This document shows, piece by piece, positions 45,765 through 54,600 of a stretch of DNA of 64,000 bases. This DNA comes from an uncultured Azospirillaceae bacterium (lineage in GTDB: Bacteria; Pseudomonadota; Alphaproteobacteria; RF32; CAG-239), in NCBI GenBank assembly GCA_964655915.1, contig CAZZNV010000004.1, positions 18,664 to 82,663 of the forward strand, given 5' to 3'. How positions within the stretch are numbered: position 1 is the first letter of the stretch; every line of letters begins with the position of its first letter. The position numbers and the translations under genes were made by a program. Below the pieces are notes generated by a model. It saw only the letters and a list, made by a program, of their open reading frames with translations. It had not been told where the DNA came from and searched no databases.

Positions 45765-46637
45765 ATGACTATTACATTTAACGGAAGCAATATCGGCGAA
45801 ATTTGTTTTGGGGCTGACAAAATATCCGAAGTGTATAAGGGAAATACTCTTGTTTGGAGCGGGGTTTCTTTTTCGGAAGACCCAGTTCGTTTTGATTATA
45901 CGGGAAGTGTTCAGACTTATGTGGTTCCCAAAGGGGTTAAAAAACTTAAAATTGACTGTGTAGGCGCAGCTGGTTGTCCTAATACGGGAGGCAGAGCAAC
46001 AAAGGGAAAGGGAGGAAGAGTAGAATGTGTTTTGAAGGTTAATTCTAATCAGACCCTTTATCTTTATGTCGGGCAGGAGGGCGGAGATTATGAAGCCTTT
46101 AACGGTGGTTTAAAAGGAAGAAATTACGGAGGAGGAGGCGCTTCTGATATTAGGCTTGTTCCGGCAACAGAGGGAAGTTGGTATGATGTTGCTCATGACA
46201 GTTGGGATGGAGATGCTTCCTTATTGTCACGAATTGTTGTCGCTGGTGCCGGCGGGACGGCGTGGTCAAACAACTCGACAGCATATTATGGTGGTAACGG
46301 AGGGGGACTGGTCGGTAGTAATGGATCTGATCCTCAAGGATATAGCGGCAAAGGAGGAACCCAAACTTCAGGAGGAAGTGCCGGAGCAAGCAGAGCTTAT
46401 ACTGGTAAACCCGGAGGATTTGGATATGGTGGACAGGGAGAAGCTAGCGGATATGGCTATGGCGGTGGTTCCGGTTGGTACGGAGGTGGCGGATCTGCTG
46501 GTTTGGGTACTTATGTCGGCTCTGGCGGCGGAGGATCGTCTTATACCCATCCTGATTTATGTACGGAAGTTGTCCATACACAAGGTTATTCTGAAGCTAG
46601 CGGCAATGGTTGGATTGTTATCACGCCAACGAAGTAA
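45765..46637 (+). CDS. Glycine-rich fibre-like protein
   Basis: Long GGx runs (GGGGASDIRL...GGNGGGLVGSNGSD...GYGYGGGSGWYGGGGSAGLG) like the Gly-rich C-termini of phage fibres. Followed by a terminator. Confidence 0.45.
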   Translation: MTITFNGSNIGEICFGADKISEVYKGNTLVWSGVSFSEDPVRFDYTGSVQTYVVPKGVKKLKIDCVGAAGCPNTGGRATKGKGGRVECVLKVNSNQTLYLYVGQEGGDYEAFNGGLKGRNYGGGGASDIRLVPATEGSWYDVAHDSWDGDASLLSRIVVAGAGGTAWSNNSTAYYGGNGGGLVGSNGSDPQGYSGKGGTQTSGGSAGASRAYTGKPGGFGYGGQGEASGYGYGGGSGWYGGGGSAGLGTYVGSGGGGSSYTHPDLCTEVVHTQGYSEASGNGWIVITPTK

Positions 46638-46651
46638 ATTCTTACGGTTAA

Positions 46652-46678
46652 ACAAGGGAGGAAAACCTCCCTTTTTTT
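46652..46678 (+). terminator. Terminator (AAGGGAGG-AAAAC-CTCCCTT plus T7)
   Basis: 8-bp stem. Confidence 0.65.
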
Positions 46679-46683
46679 AGGAG

Positions 46684-46971
46684 ATGAAAATGTTTGATGA
46701 TTGGAAAATTATATTTGGTTTGGCGTTGACGGCTGTTTTATCAGCTATTGTGCGATTTACAACTTTTTCGCAATTGTGTTTTGACGCCGTTTTGGGATTT
46801 GTGATGGGATATTCGTTTTACGGTTTGTTGGATTATTTTTCGTTGAGCGGAGAAACCCGCAGCGGTATTGCCGGTATGGTTATTTTGTGTTCACGTCCGC
46901 TTTATGAAACTTTGAATAAGATGATTATGACGAAGCTTGGAGAGATTTTAGAAAAAAGGATAGATAAATGA
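46684..46971 (+). CDS. Putative holin (95 aa, 2-3 TM)
   Basis: Hydrophobic helices, charged C-terminus, immediately upstream of the lysozyme. GGAG RBS. Confidence 0.55.
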   Translation: MKMFDDWKIIFGLALTAVLSAIVRFTTFSQLCFDAVLGFVMGYSFYGLLDYFSLSGETRSGIAGMVILCSRPLYETLNKMIMTKLGEILEKRIDK

Positions 46972-47438
46972 TAGATGAAACAGATGTTTTACAAAGATTG
47001 TGTTTTCATGAAGGAATTAAACTTTCGCCTTATTATGACAGCCGAGGGTTGCTGACAATCGGGGTGGGCAGATGTGTGGAGACAAATCCCATAACTCAGG
47101 CGGAAGAAAAGGTTGTAGGTGACTGGCGGCATGGAATTACAAAAAATGCCGCTTTTTATTTGCTGCGCAATGATGTGGCCAGAGTTAAAAAAATGTGCAA
47201 GGAGCTTATTCCTTTTTGGAAAGAGCTGGACGATGAGCGACAATACGCTTTGTTGGATATGGCTTTTCAATTGGGAATGAACGGCGTGTTGAAATTTAAA
47301 AAAATGTTGAGCTATCTGGCTGTCGGAAATTATCGTCAGGCGGCGGAAGAATGTTTGCACAGTGCTTATGCCAGACAAACGCCTAATAGAGCCAGACGTA
47401 TTGCCCAAACTATAAAAACCGGAAAGTTTGTTATATGA
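46968..47438 (+). CDS. Endolysin, GH24 (T4-lysozyme-like) muramidase
   Basis: CFHEGIKLSPYYDSRGLLTIGVGRCVE is the E..D..T catalytic motif context. 4-nt overlap with the holin. Confidence 0.8.
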   Translation: MIDETDVLQRLCFHEGIKLSPYYDSRGLLTIGVGRCVETNPITQAEEKVVGDWRHGITKNAAFYLLRNDVARVKKMCKELIPFWKELDDERQYALLDMAFQLGMNGVLKFKKMLSYLAVGNYRQAAEECLHSAYARQTPNRARRIAQTIKTGKFVI

Positions 47439-47638
47439 AAATACGCTTGGATTTAGTTTTTTTAGCGATGGCTATCGTCAGCGCATATTGGCTGGGAAGA
47501 GCACAGGCAGAAGTAAAAATAATTAAGGAACAAGTGGAGGTGGTACGATATGTTGAAAAGCAAGTCAGGCAGATACGTTCGCGTCCTAATACCGGTCGCG
47601 ATGAGTTGCTTAGGCGGATGCACGACAACAAATTATAG
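47435..47638 (+). CDS. i-spanin (Rz-like): N-terminal TM plus coiled-coil
   Basis: MKIRLDLVFLAMAIVSAYWLGRAQAEVKIIKEQVEVVRYVEKQVRQIR... Confidence 0.6.
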   Translation: MKIRLDLVFLAMAIVSAYWLGRAQAEVKIIKEQVEVVRYVEKQVRQIRSRPNTGRDELLRRMHDNKL

Positions 47639-47780
47639 TTATTGTCCGGTATATCCGGTCGCCGGTGAAAAGGTGGCGCAGGAATTGGAACAAGTGAGCT
47701 TTGATAAAGCTCCTTATTTTTGGCAGTGGTTGGGGCAAATTGACAAACTGAGGGAAGAATTGGAAGTTTGTGGCGAGTGA
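47550..47780 (+). CDS. o-spanin (Rz1-like) outer-membrane lipoprotein, starting inside the i-spanin gene in the +1 frame
   Basis: MLKSKSGRYVRVLIPVAMSCLGGC has lipobox LGGC, and the mature part is Pro/Cys-containing. Confidence 0.55.
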   Translation: MLKSKSGRYVRVLIPVAMSCLGGCTTTNYSYCPVYPVAGEKVAQELEQVSFDKAPYFWQWLGQIDKLREELEVCGE

Positions 47781-47839
47781 AGGTACGACTGTTCAACGAA
47801 AAACAAAGTGTTTTTATTGTTAAGTGTCGGCGTGTTTAA

Positions 47840-50149
47840 CTAGAAGTCATCATCAACTTTAGTGAGATAATTTGACATAACTTTTTTCAAACTTCCATCT
47901 TCAAACATAACAGCATATTTATTCCCCTCAACACCCATGATTTTTCCATGGCCGAAAGTTTCGTGATATACTTTTGTGCCCACTAAACTTGCATGAACAG
48001 ATGAATAACCGCTATACCGATTGTTGTTGCCACCAGAACGCCAGTCATCGACATAATTTTCCCCCTTGTTATAGTTGTTTTTATAGTAATCATTTTTGGG
48101 GTTTGAGGAATAACCGTTGTCTCCGTAACCGCCGCCATAAAAGGTAGTGCATTTATTACAGATTTCAATAGATGAGGGCGGAAGCTCATTTATAAAACGT
48201 GAGGGGAGGTTGTTTTGCCATTGACCATAAACACGGCGGTTATGCGCCATCAGAATATAGAGTTTACGACGAGCGCGTGTTATGGCTACATAGGCCAAGC
48301 GTCGTTCTTCTTCCAGAGCCTCGCTACCGCCTTCATCCAACGCGCGTTGGTGAGGAAACAGACCTTCCTCCCATCCGGGAAGGAATACGGTGTCAAACTC
48401 TAACCCTTTGGCGGAGTGCAGGGTTATGAGGGTGACCTTGTTGTCATTAGTCATATCATCTTTATCCATCACTAAGCTGACGTGCTCCATAAAGTCGGTA
48501 AGTGTCGGATATTTTTCATGGTCGCTCATTACATTCAGAAGTTCTTTCAGGTTTTCAATACGTCCGGCGGCTTCAGGTGTTTTATCGACTTTTAACATTT
48601 CCAGATAGCCTGTGTCGTCTAATACTTGAGCGGCGATTTCATCGGGTGACAACGCATTTAGGTTGCGTCGCCACTCAGCGAAATTGCGGAACAATCCTCC
48701 TAAAGAATTTTTTGCTTTGCTGCTTAAAGAACCGTCTGCGAGCATTTTTTCAACAGCCATATACATGGATATGTGGTGGGTTCTTGCCTCTGTCTGGAAT
48801 TTTTCAATTGATTTTGCGCCGACGCCGCGTGTCGGTTTGTTAATGATACGTCCGAGGGCCAGATCGTCATGAGGTTGAAGAATAACTCTAAAGTAGGCCA
48901 ATGCATCACGAATTTCTGCACGTTCATAGAACTTGAGTCCGCCGATAACTTGGTAAGGTATGGCTTCTGAAATAAATTTTTCTTCAAATTCGCGGGTTTG
49001 AGCAGCGGTGCGCACCAAAATGGCCATTTGCGAATAAGGGCAAGACTGGCGCATCAGGTTGTCGATTTCATCGGCAACAAATCGGGCTTCTTCTTCTCCG
49101 TTGTATGTGCTGATGATTTTTATTTTTGAATTTTCACTGCGGCAAGCCGGTGAATTTTCCGCGACTTTAAGAGTTTTGCCCAAACGGTCTTTGTTGTGGC
49201 TAATGAGGCTGGATGCTGCGGATAAAATATTTGCTGTTGAGCGGTAGTTGCGTTCAAGACGAATGATTTTTGCGTCAACAAAGTCTTTGTTAAAACGCAA
49301 GATATTTTCAATTTCAGCTCCGCGCCAGGAATAAATGGATTGGTCATCATCTCCGACACAACACAGGTTGCGGTGCTTTTGGCAAAGCAAGCGGATAAGC
49401 AGATATTGTGTTGTGTTGGTGTCCTGATACTCATCGACCATTATGTAGCGAAAACGATTTTGATATTTTATTAAAATGTCTTTATCAGACATCAGAATAG
49501 TGAGCGTGTGCAGGATAATGTCTCCGAAATCAACACAATTCAGCTCTACCAGACGTTGTTGGTAGAGTTTGTAAAGGTGAGCAGAGATGTTGTTTGCGCT
49601 GTCGGTATTTATTTTGTCAATCGTTAATCCTTTGTCTTTCCAGCGTCCGATTACGTCAACCACAGACTGCGGTGTGTATTTTTGCGAATCTATATTTTCC
49701 GCCTCCATAATTTGTTTAATCAGGCGTTTTTGATCATCTTCATCAAGAATAGTAAAGTTCGAGTGCAAACCGACCAATTCGGCGTGGTTGCGCAAAATTT
49801 TTACGCAAATGCTGTGAAACGTGCCAAGCCATACGGAATTGGCCGTATTGCCAATCATTTTTTCTACACGTTCTTTCATTTCGCGGGCGGCGCGGTTTGT
49901 GAAGGTTACAACCAAGCATTCCCAAGGGTTTGCCAAGTGTTTCGATAAAATATAAGCCAGACGGGTGGTCAGTACCTTGGTTTTTCCGGTTCCGGCACCG
50001 GAGAGAACTAAAATCGGACCTTCGGTCGTTTCAACAGCTTGGCGTTGCTCCGGATTGAGAACGTCAAGCCAAGGACAAGTCGGCATAAGGGCGGAAATGT
50101 TGTCATAGACCGGTGCAGCGGTCTCTTCAAAGTCAAATATATCACTCAT
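47840..50149 (-). CDS. uvrD: ATP-dependent DNA helicase UvrD/PcrA family
   Basis: GAGTGKT (motif I), DEYQDTN (motif II), TLHSAKGLEFD, VAITRAR. C-terminal Gly/Tyr/Asn-rich tail and a Tudor-like end. Confidence 0.85.
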   Translation of the reverse strand: MSDIFDFEETAAPVYDNISALMPTCPWLDVLNPEQRQAVETTEGPILVLSGAGTGKTKVLTTRLAYILSKHLANPWECLVVTFTNRAAREMKERVEKMIGNTANSVWLGTFHSICVKILRNHAELVGLHSNFTILDEDDQKRLIKQIMEAENIDSQKYTPQSVVDVIGRWKDKGLTIDKINTDSANNISAHLYKLYQQRLVELNCVDFGDIILHTLTILMSDKDILIKYQNRFRYIMVDEYQDTNTTQYLLIRLLCQKHRNLCCVGDDDQSIYSWRGAEIENILRFNKDFVDAKIIRLERNYRSTANILSAASSLISHNKDRLGKTLKVAENSPACRSENSKIKIISTYNGEEEARFVADEIDNLMRQSCPYSQMAILVRTAAQTREFEEKFISEAIPYQVIGGLKFYERAEIRDALAYFRVILQPHDDLALGRIINKPTRGVGAKSIEKFQTEARTHHISMYMAVEKMLADGSLSSKAKNSLGGLFRNFAEWRRNLNALSPDEIAAQVLDDTGYLEMLKVDKTPEAAGRIENLKELLNVMSDHEKYPTLTDFMEHVSLVMDKDDMTNDNKVTLITLHSAKGLEFDTVFLPGWEEGLFPHQRALDEGGSEALEEERRLAYVAITRARRKLYILMAHNRRVYGQWQNNLPSRFINELPPSSIEICNKCTTFYGGGYGDNGYSSNPKNDYYKNNYNKGENYVDDWRSGGNNNRYSGYSSVHASLVGTKVYHETFGHGKIMGVEGNKYAVMFEDGSLKKVMSNYLTKVDDDF

Positions 50150-50223
50150 TACTAATCTTCTTGTTTTTTTTTATGTTAAGCCATATATATATTATTATCG
50201 GACGAATGAAAAGGAGAATCTTT

Positions 50224-51162
50224 ATGCCCAGAACAAAACAGGGAAAGTTTGTTACCGAAGCTTCTGAATTTTTTCAAAAGGCAGATGATTTTTGGCGAGC
50301 CGGTGACAGCGACAAGGCGTGTGAGTTTTATAGGAGGGCCGCTGATTTGTATCATCAAAATGATGATGAAGAAGGAGAAGCTTTTGCTTTGGGGCGTTTG
50401 GGTGAGCTTGAGCTGAGTCTGGAAAACTATGATGAGGCGGAAAAGGTTTTGAAAACCGCGGCTAAACTGCTTAAATCAGTTGATTATGCGCAAAATACTT
50501 ATGGCGAAATACTTATCAGGCAGGCGCAAGTAGAGATTGCTCGTGAGAATTATTCTTCGGCTTTGAAGTATTTGCAGTCGGCGGATAAGGTTTTGTCTGC
50601 GATTGGCAGTCATGGTTTGTTGGGCGATGTTTATGATCAAGAAGCCTATGTCCACTTGCTTGAAGGAAGAGATGCGACAGCTTTGGCTGCATATAGGAAA
50701 GCGGCGGAGGAGTTCCATAGTGGAAGAGTTGAGCAGAAAGAGGCTTCAACATTGCGGGCAATTGCGCGAATCGAAATGAAAGAGCGTAATTATGATGAAG
50801 CTCACGATGTTTTGGAGCGTTGCCGCAAGATATATCGTGAGATTGGGGATTTGCTGGGGGAGGCTTCCGTATTGTCCGCAATCGGATGTTTGCGTTTTGT
50901 TATCAGAGATATTGTAAATGCGCGCAAAGCTTTGAGGAAATCTGTCTATCTATACAGCAAAGCTTCTCATCATTATGCACAGGCTGAGGCTTTGTTGTAT
51001 TTGGCGCGAGTAGAAGCTTTTGATAAACAACTGGGGGACTTTGATTTGGCAAAAGCTCATTATAAGCGTTCTGCAGAGTTATTTGATTTTATGGGTAATG
51101 AGATTATGAAAAAATCAGTTGTTGATGAGTATTATAATTTTTTGAACAGAATAAGCTGTTAG
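50224..51162 (+). CDS. TPR-repeat protein
   Basis: Trimmed to MPRTKQGKF (AAAGGAG RBS). Repeated A..Y.....D..A...L.A..E motifs. Confidence 0.6.
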   Translation: MPRTKQGKFVTEASEFFQKADDFWRAGDSDKACEFYRRAADLYHQNDDEEGEAFALGRLGELELSLENYDEAEKVLKTAAKLLKSVDYAQNTYGEILIRQAQVEIARENYSSALKYLQSADKVLSAIGSHGLLGDVYDQEAYVHLLEGRDATALAAYRKAAEEFHSGRVEQKEASTLRAIARIEMKERNYDEAHDVLERCRKIYREIGDLLGEASVLSAIGCLRFVIRDIVNARKALRKSVYLYSKASHHYAQAEALLYLARVEAFDKQLGDFDLAKAHYKRSAELFDFMGNEIMKKSVVDEYYNFLNRISC

Positions 51163-51185
51163 CAGTAATAAAAAAGGGTGATAAA

Positions 51186-52148
51186 ATGACAGAGGTGTTG
51201 AATAAGATTATTAAGCTGAAAAAATTTATGGATAGTCGAATTATCGGGCAATCCGATTTGGTCAACAAATTGATAATTACATTGTTGGCTGATGGAAATG
51301 CGTTGGTGGAAGGGGCTCCCGGATTGGCAAAGACAAAGGCGGTTAAGACACTGGCTTCTTCTATTAAGGCGACATATAACCGTATTCAATTTACGCCTGA
51401 TTTGTTGCCTTCAGATGTGACCGGCAGTGAAATTTATGTGGCATCACAGGGAAAGTTTGAATTTAGAAAGGGGCCTATTTTTGCCAATTTGATTTTGGCT
51501 GATGAAATCAACCGTGCTCCGGCGAAAGTTCAATCGGCGCTTTTGGAGGCGATGGCGGAAAGACAAGTGAGTGTCGGGGGACGTTGCTATGCTTTGCCGG
51601 AATTGTTTATGGTTTTGGCAACGCAAAATCCGATTGAGCATGAGGGAACCTATAACCTTCCCGAAGCGCAGCTTGACCGTTTTTTGATGTATATAAAAAT
51701 TGACCAACCTGAGGCGGAAGACGAGAAGAAGATTTTGCGTCTGGTTCGGCAGGAAACAGTTTCGGGAAGTGAAAAGACCGAGTTTGGGCTTGAAACGTCA
51801 GACATTTTGGCGGCCAGAAAGGAAGCTTTGCAAATACATATGAGCGAGGCGGTTGAGGAATATTTGGTGCAATTGGTTATGGCCACCAGACATCCTGAAA
51901 AATATGATGACAAGCTTTCGGGCTATGTGATGTACGGGGCGTCTCCGCGTGCGACTTTGGCGTTAGATCGTTGCGCCAGAGTTCATGCCTGGTTGAGTGA
52001 AAAAAGTTTTGTTTCTCCCGATGATATTCAGCAGGTGGTTTTCGATGTGTTGCGTCACCGCATTATTTTGTCGTTTGAGGCGCAAGCCGAAGGGGTGACC
52101 ACAGACGATATTATTCGCAAACTTCTGAAACTGGTGCCTCTGCCATAG
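51186..52148 (+). CDS. MoxR-family AAA+ ATPase
   Basis: ALVEGAPGLAKTKAVK (Walker A), ILADEINRAPAKVQSALLEAMAERQVSVGG. Confidence 0.9.
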   Translation: MTEVLNKIIKLKKFMDSRIIGQSDLVNKLIITLLADGNALVEGAPGLAKTKAVKTLASSIKATYNRIQFTPDLLPSDVTGSEIYVASQGKFEFRKGPIFANLILADEINRAPAKVQSALLEAMAERQVSVGGRCYALPELFMVLATQNPIEHEGTYNLPEAQLDRFLMYIKIDQPEAEDEKKILRLVRQETVSGSEKTEFGLETSDILAARKEALQIHMSEAVEEYLVQLVMATRHPEKYDDKLSGYVMYGASPRATLALDRCARVHAWLSEKSFVSPDDIQQVVFDVLRHRIILSFEAQAEGVTTDDIIRKLLKLVPLP

Positions 52149-52164
52149 GTAAAGGAATGAGCAT

Positions 52165-53100
52165 ATGCTGCGCGGTTTGTTCAAAAAAAAGAGAAAGGAA
52201 AACGCAGGGCAGGGGCTTTATGCCTCGTTAGAGGATTTGGTTTCTATGCGTCGCTATACGGTTTATCTTAGCGCGATACCCCGAAGGAAGAATTTTTCCA
52301 GACAGGCGGGGGATATAAAGTCTGTTTTTAAAGGACGCGGCATAGAGTTGGAAGAAGTCCGAGCCTACAATTTCGGTGATGATGTCCGAGATATTGACTG
52401 GCGGGTTACAGCGCGGAAAGAACAGCCCTACACCAAGTTGTTTGCCGAAGAAAAAGACCGTGAAATATTTGTGTGGCTTGATTTGTCTGCTCCGATGGCT
52501 TTTGGCACTAAGAGAGAGCTTAAAAGTGTGACCGCATCTAAGATTGCAGCGCTCATCGGGTGGTTGGCTTTGGTGCATAAAGACCGCTTCGGTTGTGTGA
52601 TTTATGACGGGCAAAATTCTTTTTTGTTTAAATCGCAAAGCAGTCGAGGACCGGTTATGGCGGTTTTCAAAAAAATCTCTGAAATGTCTGAGGCTCTGTT
52701 GACGTTGAAAAGGGCTGACGGACAGGGCTTGCACAAATCGTTTAAGATGTTGGAGCAAAATGTTCGGCAGCAGGCGGAAGTCTTTGTGATAAGTGATTTT
52801 AATGCTCTTGATGCCGCTGAATTTAAACAGTTGGCGGCAATTGCGCGGAAAACAAGTTTGCATTTATTGAATGTTTATGATGTGTTGGAGGAAAATCCGC
52901 CCAAAGGCGGCGAATATATGGCTGAATATTTTAACAAAAAGCTTGTTTTTGACAGTTCTTCTAAAAACTATCGGCGTGCCTATCATGGTTATTTTGAGGA
53001 AAAGAGGAACAAATTAAAGGAATTTTGCAAAAAGTTTGATTGCCAGTTGATGGAGTTTCGGACAGATACAGACATTGTCGATAACTTAAAAATTTTATAG
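52165..53100 (+). CDS. DUF58-family protein (MoxR partner, vWA-like)
   Basis: FGDDVRDIDWRVTARKEQPYTKLFAEEKD is the DUF58 signature. Confidence 0.8.
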   Translation: MLRGLFKKKRKENAGQGLYASLEDLVSMRRYTVYLSAIPRRKNFSRQAGDIKSVFKGRGIELEEVRAYNFGDDVRDIDWRVTARKEQPYTKLFAEEKDREIFVWLDLSAPMAFGTKRELKSVTASKIAALIGWLALVHKDRFGCVIYDGQNSFLFKSQSSRGPVMAVFKKISEMSEALLTLKRADGQGLHKSFKMLEQNVRQQAEVFVISDFNALDAAEFKQLAAIARKTSLHLLNVYDVLEENPPKGGEYMAEYFNKKLVFDSSSKNYRRAYHGYFEEKRNKLKEFCKKFDCQLMEFRTDTDIVDNLKIL

Positions 53101-53181
53101 GCGAAACTTGACAATTTATGGAGGTGGTGGTACTTTACGAATGAATTATTCTGTAACTTATCATTGATAAAGAGAAAAAAT

Positions 53182-54165
53182 ATGGTTAAATCTAACGATA
53201 ATACTGCTTATAAAAGAGGGCAAGAACTGCTTGATCAAGGGATGTATAAGGAAGCCATTGATCAGTTTGATGCTGCAATTTCCGAACAGCCTGATTCATG
53301 GAAATCCATGAACTCGAAGGGGTTTGCGTTTCAGAAGCTGAGCCGTTATACGGAAGCTGTGGAATGTTTTGATAAGGCGCTGACTTTGAACCCGACATCG
53401 GTTGAGGTTCTGAACAATAAGGGCGTTACTTTGAGTATGCGCGGATTGTACAAAGATGCTATTCAGTGTTTTAATGAGGCTGTTGCCATTGATAAAACAT
53501 CGCTTGAAGCTCTAAATGGCAAGGCTATTGCTTTGCAACACATGTTTGCTTATAAAGAAGCCTTGGATGTGTTAGAAGATGCCATGAAGATTGACAATAA
53601 ACATGCTCAAACATTGTTGAGTGTAGCCGTGACGTTGCAGAAACTTAAGCAATATGACAGGGCTATCGCTTTCTTTAAAAAGGTTTTGTCGAATGACAAA
53701 AACAATATTAAGGCATGGAACGGTGTCGGTGTGACTTATCAATTGATGGGGGATAATAATTCCGCAATTAAGTGTTTTACTAAAATTCTCAATATTGACA
53801 GCCGTGAGATTCAGGCTTGGATTAGTATCGGCTTTGTTTATCAAAAGATGATGAAGTTTAATGATGCGCTCAAATGCTATAAGAAAGCGCAGATGATTAT
53901 AGGTAATCGCTATCATCACAAACTGTTTGATGGTTTGGCCAGCTGTTTGACCAAACTTTCGGAGTTTGATCAGGCGATTGAAGTTTATCAGACAATTTTT
54001 CAGCGTGAAGAGGGCAAGAAAAAGTGGGATGCTCAGCGTTCTATGAAGTTTGTCAACAAGCTGAAGCGTAAAAAAGCTATCGGAACATTGCAGAGCTTGG
54101 TGCCTGCTGATGCTCCGGCGGGGGAGAAAACAAGCGAGATACTTCCTTCCGGTGAGGATGATTAG
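53182..54165 (+). CDS. TPR-repeat protein (BatC-like position after MoxR-DUF58)
   Basis: Seven or more 34-aa TPR units (...AIDQFDAAI...AVECFDKALTLNP...AIQCFNEAVAIDK...). Confidence 0.7.
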   Translation: MVKSNDNTAYKRGQELLDQGMYKEAIDQFDAAISEQPDSWKSMNSKGFAFQKLSRYTEAVECFDKALTLNPTSVEVLNNKGVTLSMRGLYKDAIQCFNEAVAIDKTSLEALNGKAIALQHMFAYKEALDVLEDAMKIDNKHAQTLLSVAVTLQKLKQYDRAIAFFKKVLSNDKNNIKAWNGVGVTYQLMGDNNSAIKCFTKILNIDSREIQAWISIGFVYQKMMKFNDALKCYKKAQMIIGNRYHHKLFDGLASCLTKLSEFDQAIEVYQTIFQREEGKKKWDAQRSMKFVNKLKRKKAIGTLQSLVPADAPAGEKTSEILPSGEDD

Positions 54166-54325
54166 GGATTGTATTAGGGTGTTTGTTTTGGGGCGGCGAG
54201 GGTGTCGCCCCTATTTTTTGTATAATAAGATAAAATAAACTTGTTTTCGGTTTGTTTGCCATATCTTGAAATCCGGAGGAAAGCGATTACCTTCAGAAGG
54301 AATACGCTTAATAGGAGGATTTGTT

Positions 54326-54553
54326 ATGGGAACATTTTTGAAGTATTTATTCTATTTACTGTTGTTGGTGGTGATTTTTTTGGTCGCCAAAGGAATTTAT
54401 GACGGAAATATTGACAGGGAAACAACCGTCGGAGAAGTTGTGTCGCAAGTTGAAGATGGCACGCAAGAAATGGCTAAAGATGCCGGAAACGCTGTTGACA
54501 AAGCGGTTGATAAATATCGCTCCTCTCCAAAGAAAGATATTGAGCTTGATTAG
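54326..54553 (+). CDS. Small membrane protein (75 aa, one TM)
   Basis: Trimmed to MGTFLKYLFYLLLLVVIFLVAKGIYDG... with a strong TAGGAGGA RBS 6 nt upstream. Confidence 0.5.
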   Translation: MGTFLKYLFYLLLLVVIFLVAKGIYDGNIDRETTVGEVVSQVEDGTQEMAKDAGNAVDKAVDKYRSSPKKDIELD

Positions 54554-54555
54554 AA

Positions 54556-54592
54556 ACAAAAAACCGCGGATAAATTCACCGCGGTTTTTTGT
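54556..54592. terminator. Bidirectional terminator (AAACCGCGG-ATAAATTCA-CCGCGGTTT). On the minus strand it is the 3' element of Cys-rich paralogue 2 and is near-identical to 6391-6426.
   Basis: Read on the minus strand: AAACAAAAAACCGCGGTGAATTTATCCGCGGTTTTTT. Paralogue 1 reads AAACAAAAAAACCGCGGTGGATTTATCCGCGGTTTTTTTT. Confidence 0.75.
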
Positions 54593-54600
54593 TTGTTGGT

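Larger units (their letters stand above)
31181..47800. mobile_element. Prophage-like element of about 16.6 kb: repressor/operator switch, packaging, head, fibre and lysis modules. No integrase or replication genes seen, so it may be cryptic or degraded.
   Basis: A contiguous block of phage-typical genes (features below) lying between tRNA-Met and uvrD. Confidence 0.8.

Noticed and set aside
47840-50149. UvrD-like helicase next to the prophage as a Gabija GajB-type or other defence helicase
   Set aside because: Full-length canonical UvrD motifs, a typical UvrD C-terminal tail, no adjacent OLD/TOPRIM ATPase or nuclease partner, and it is separated from MoxR by an unrelated TPR gene. Treated as housekeeping uvrD.
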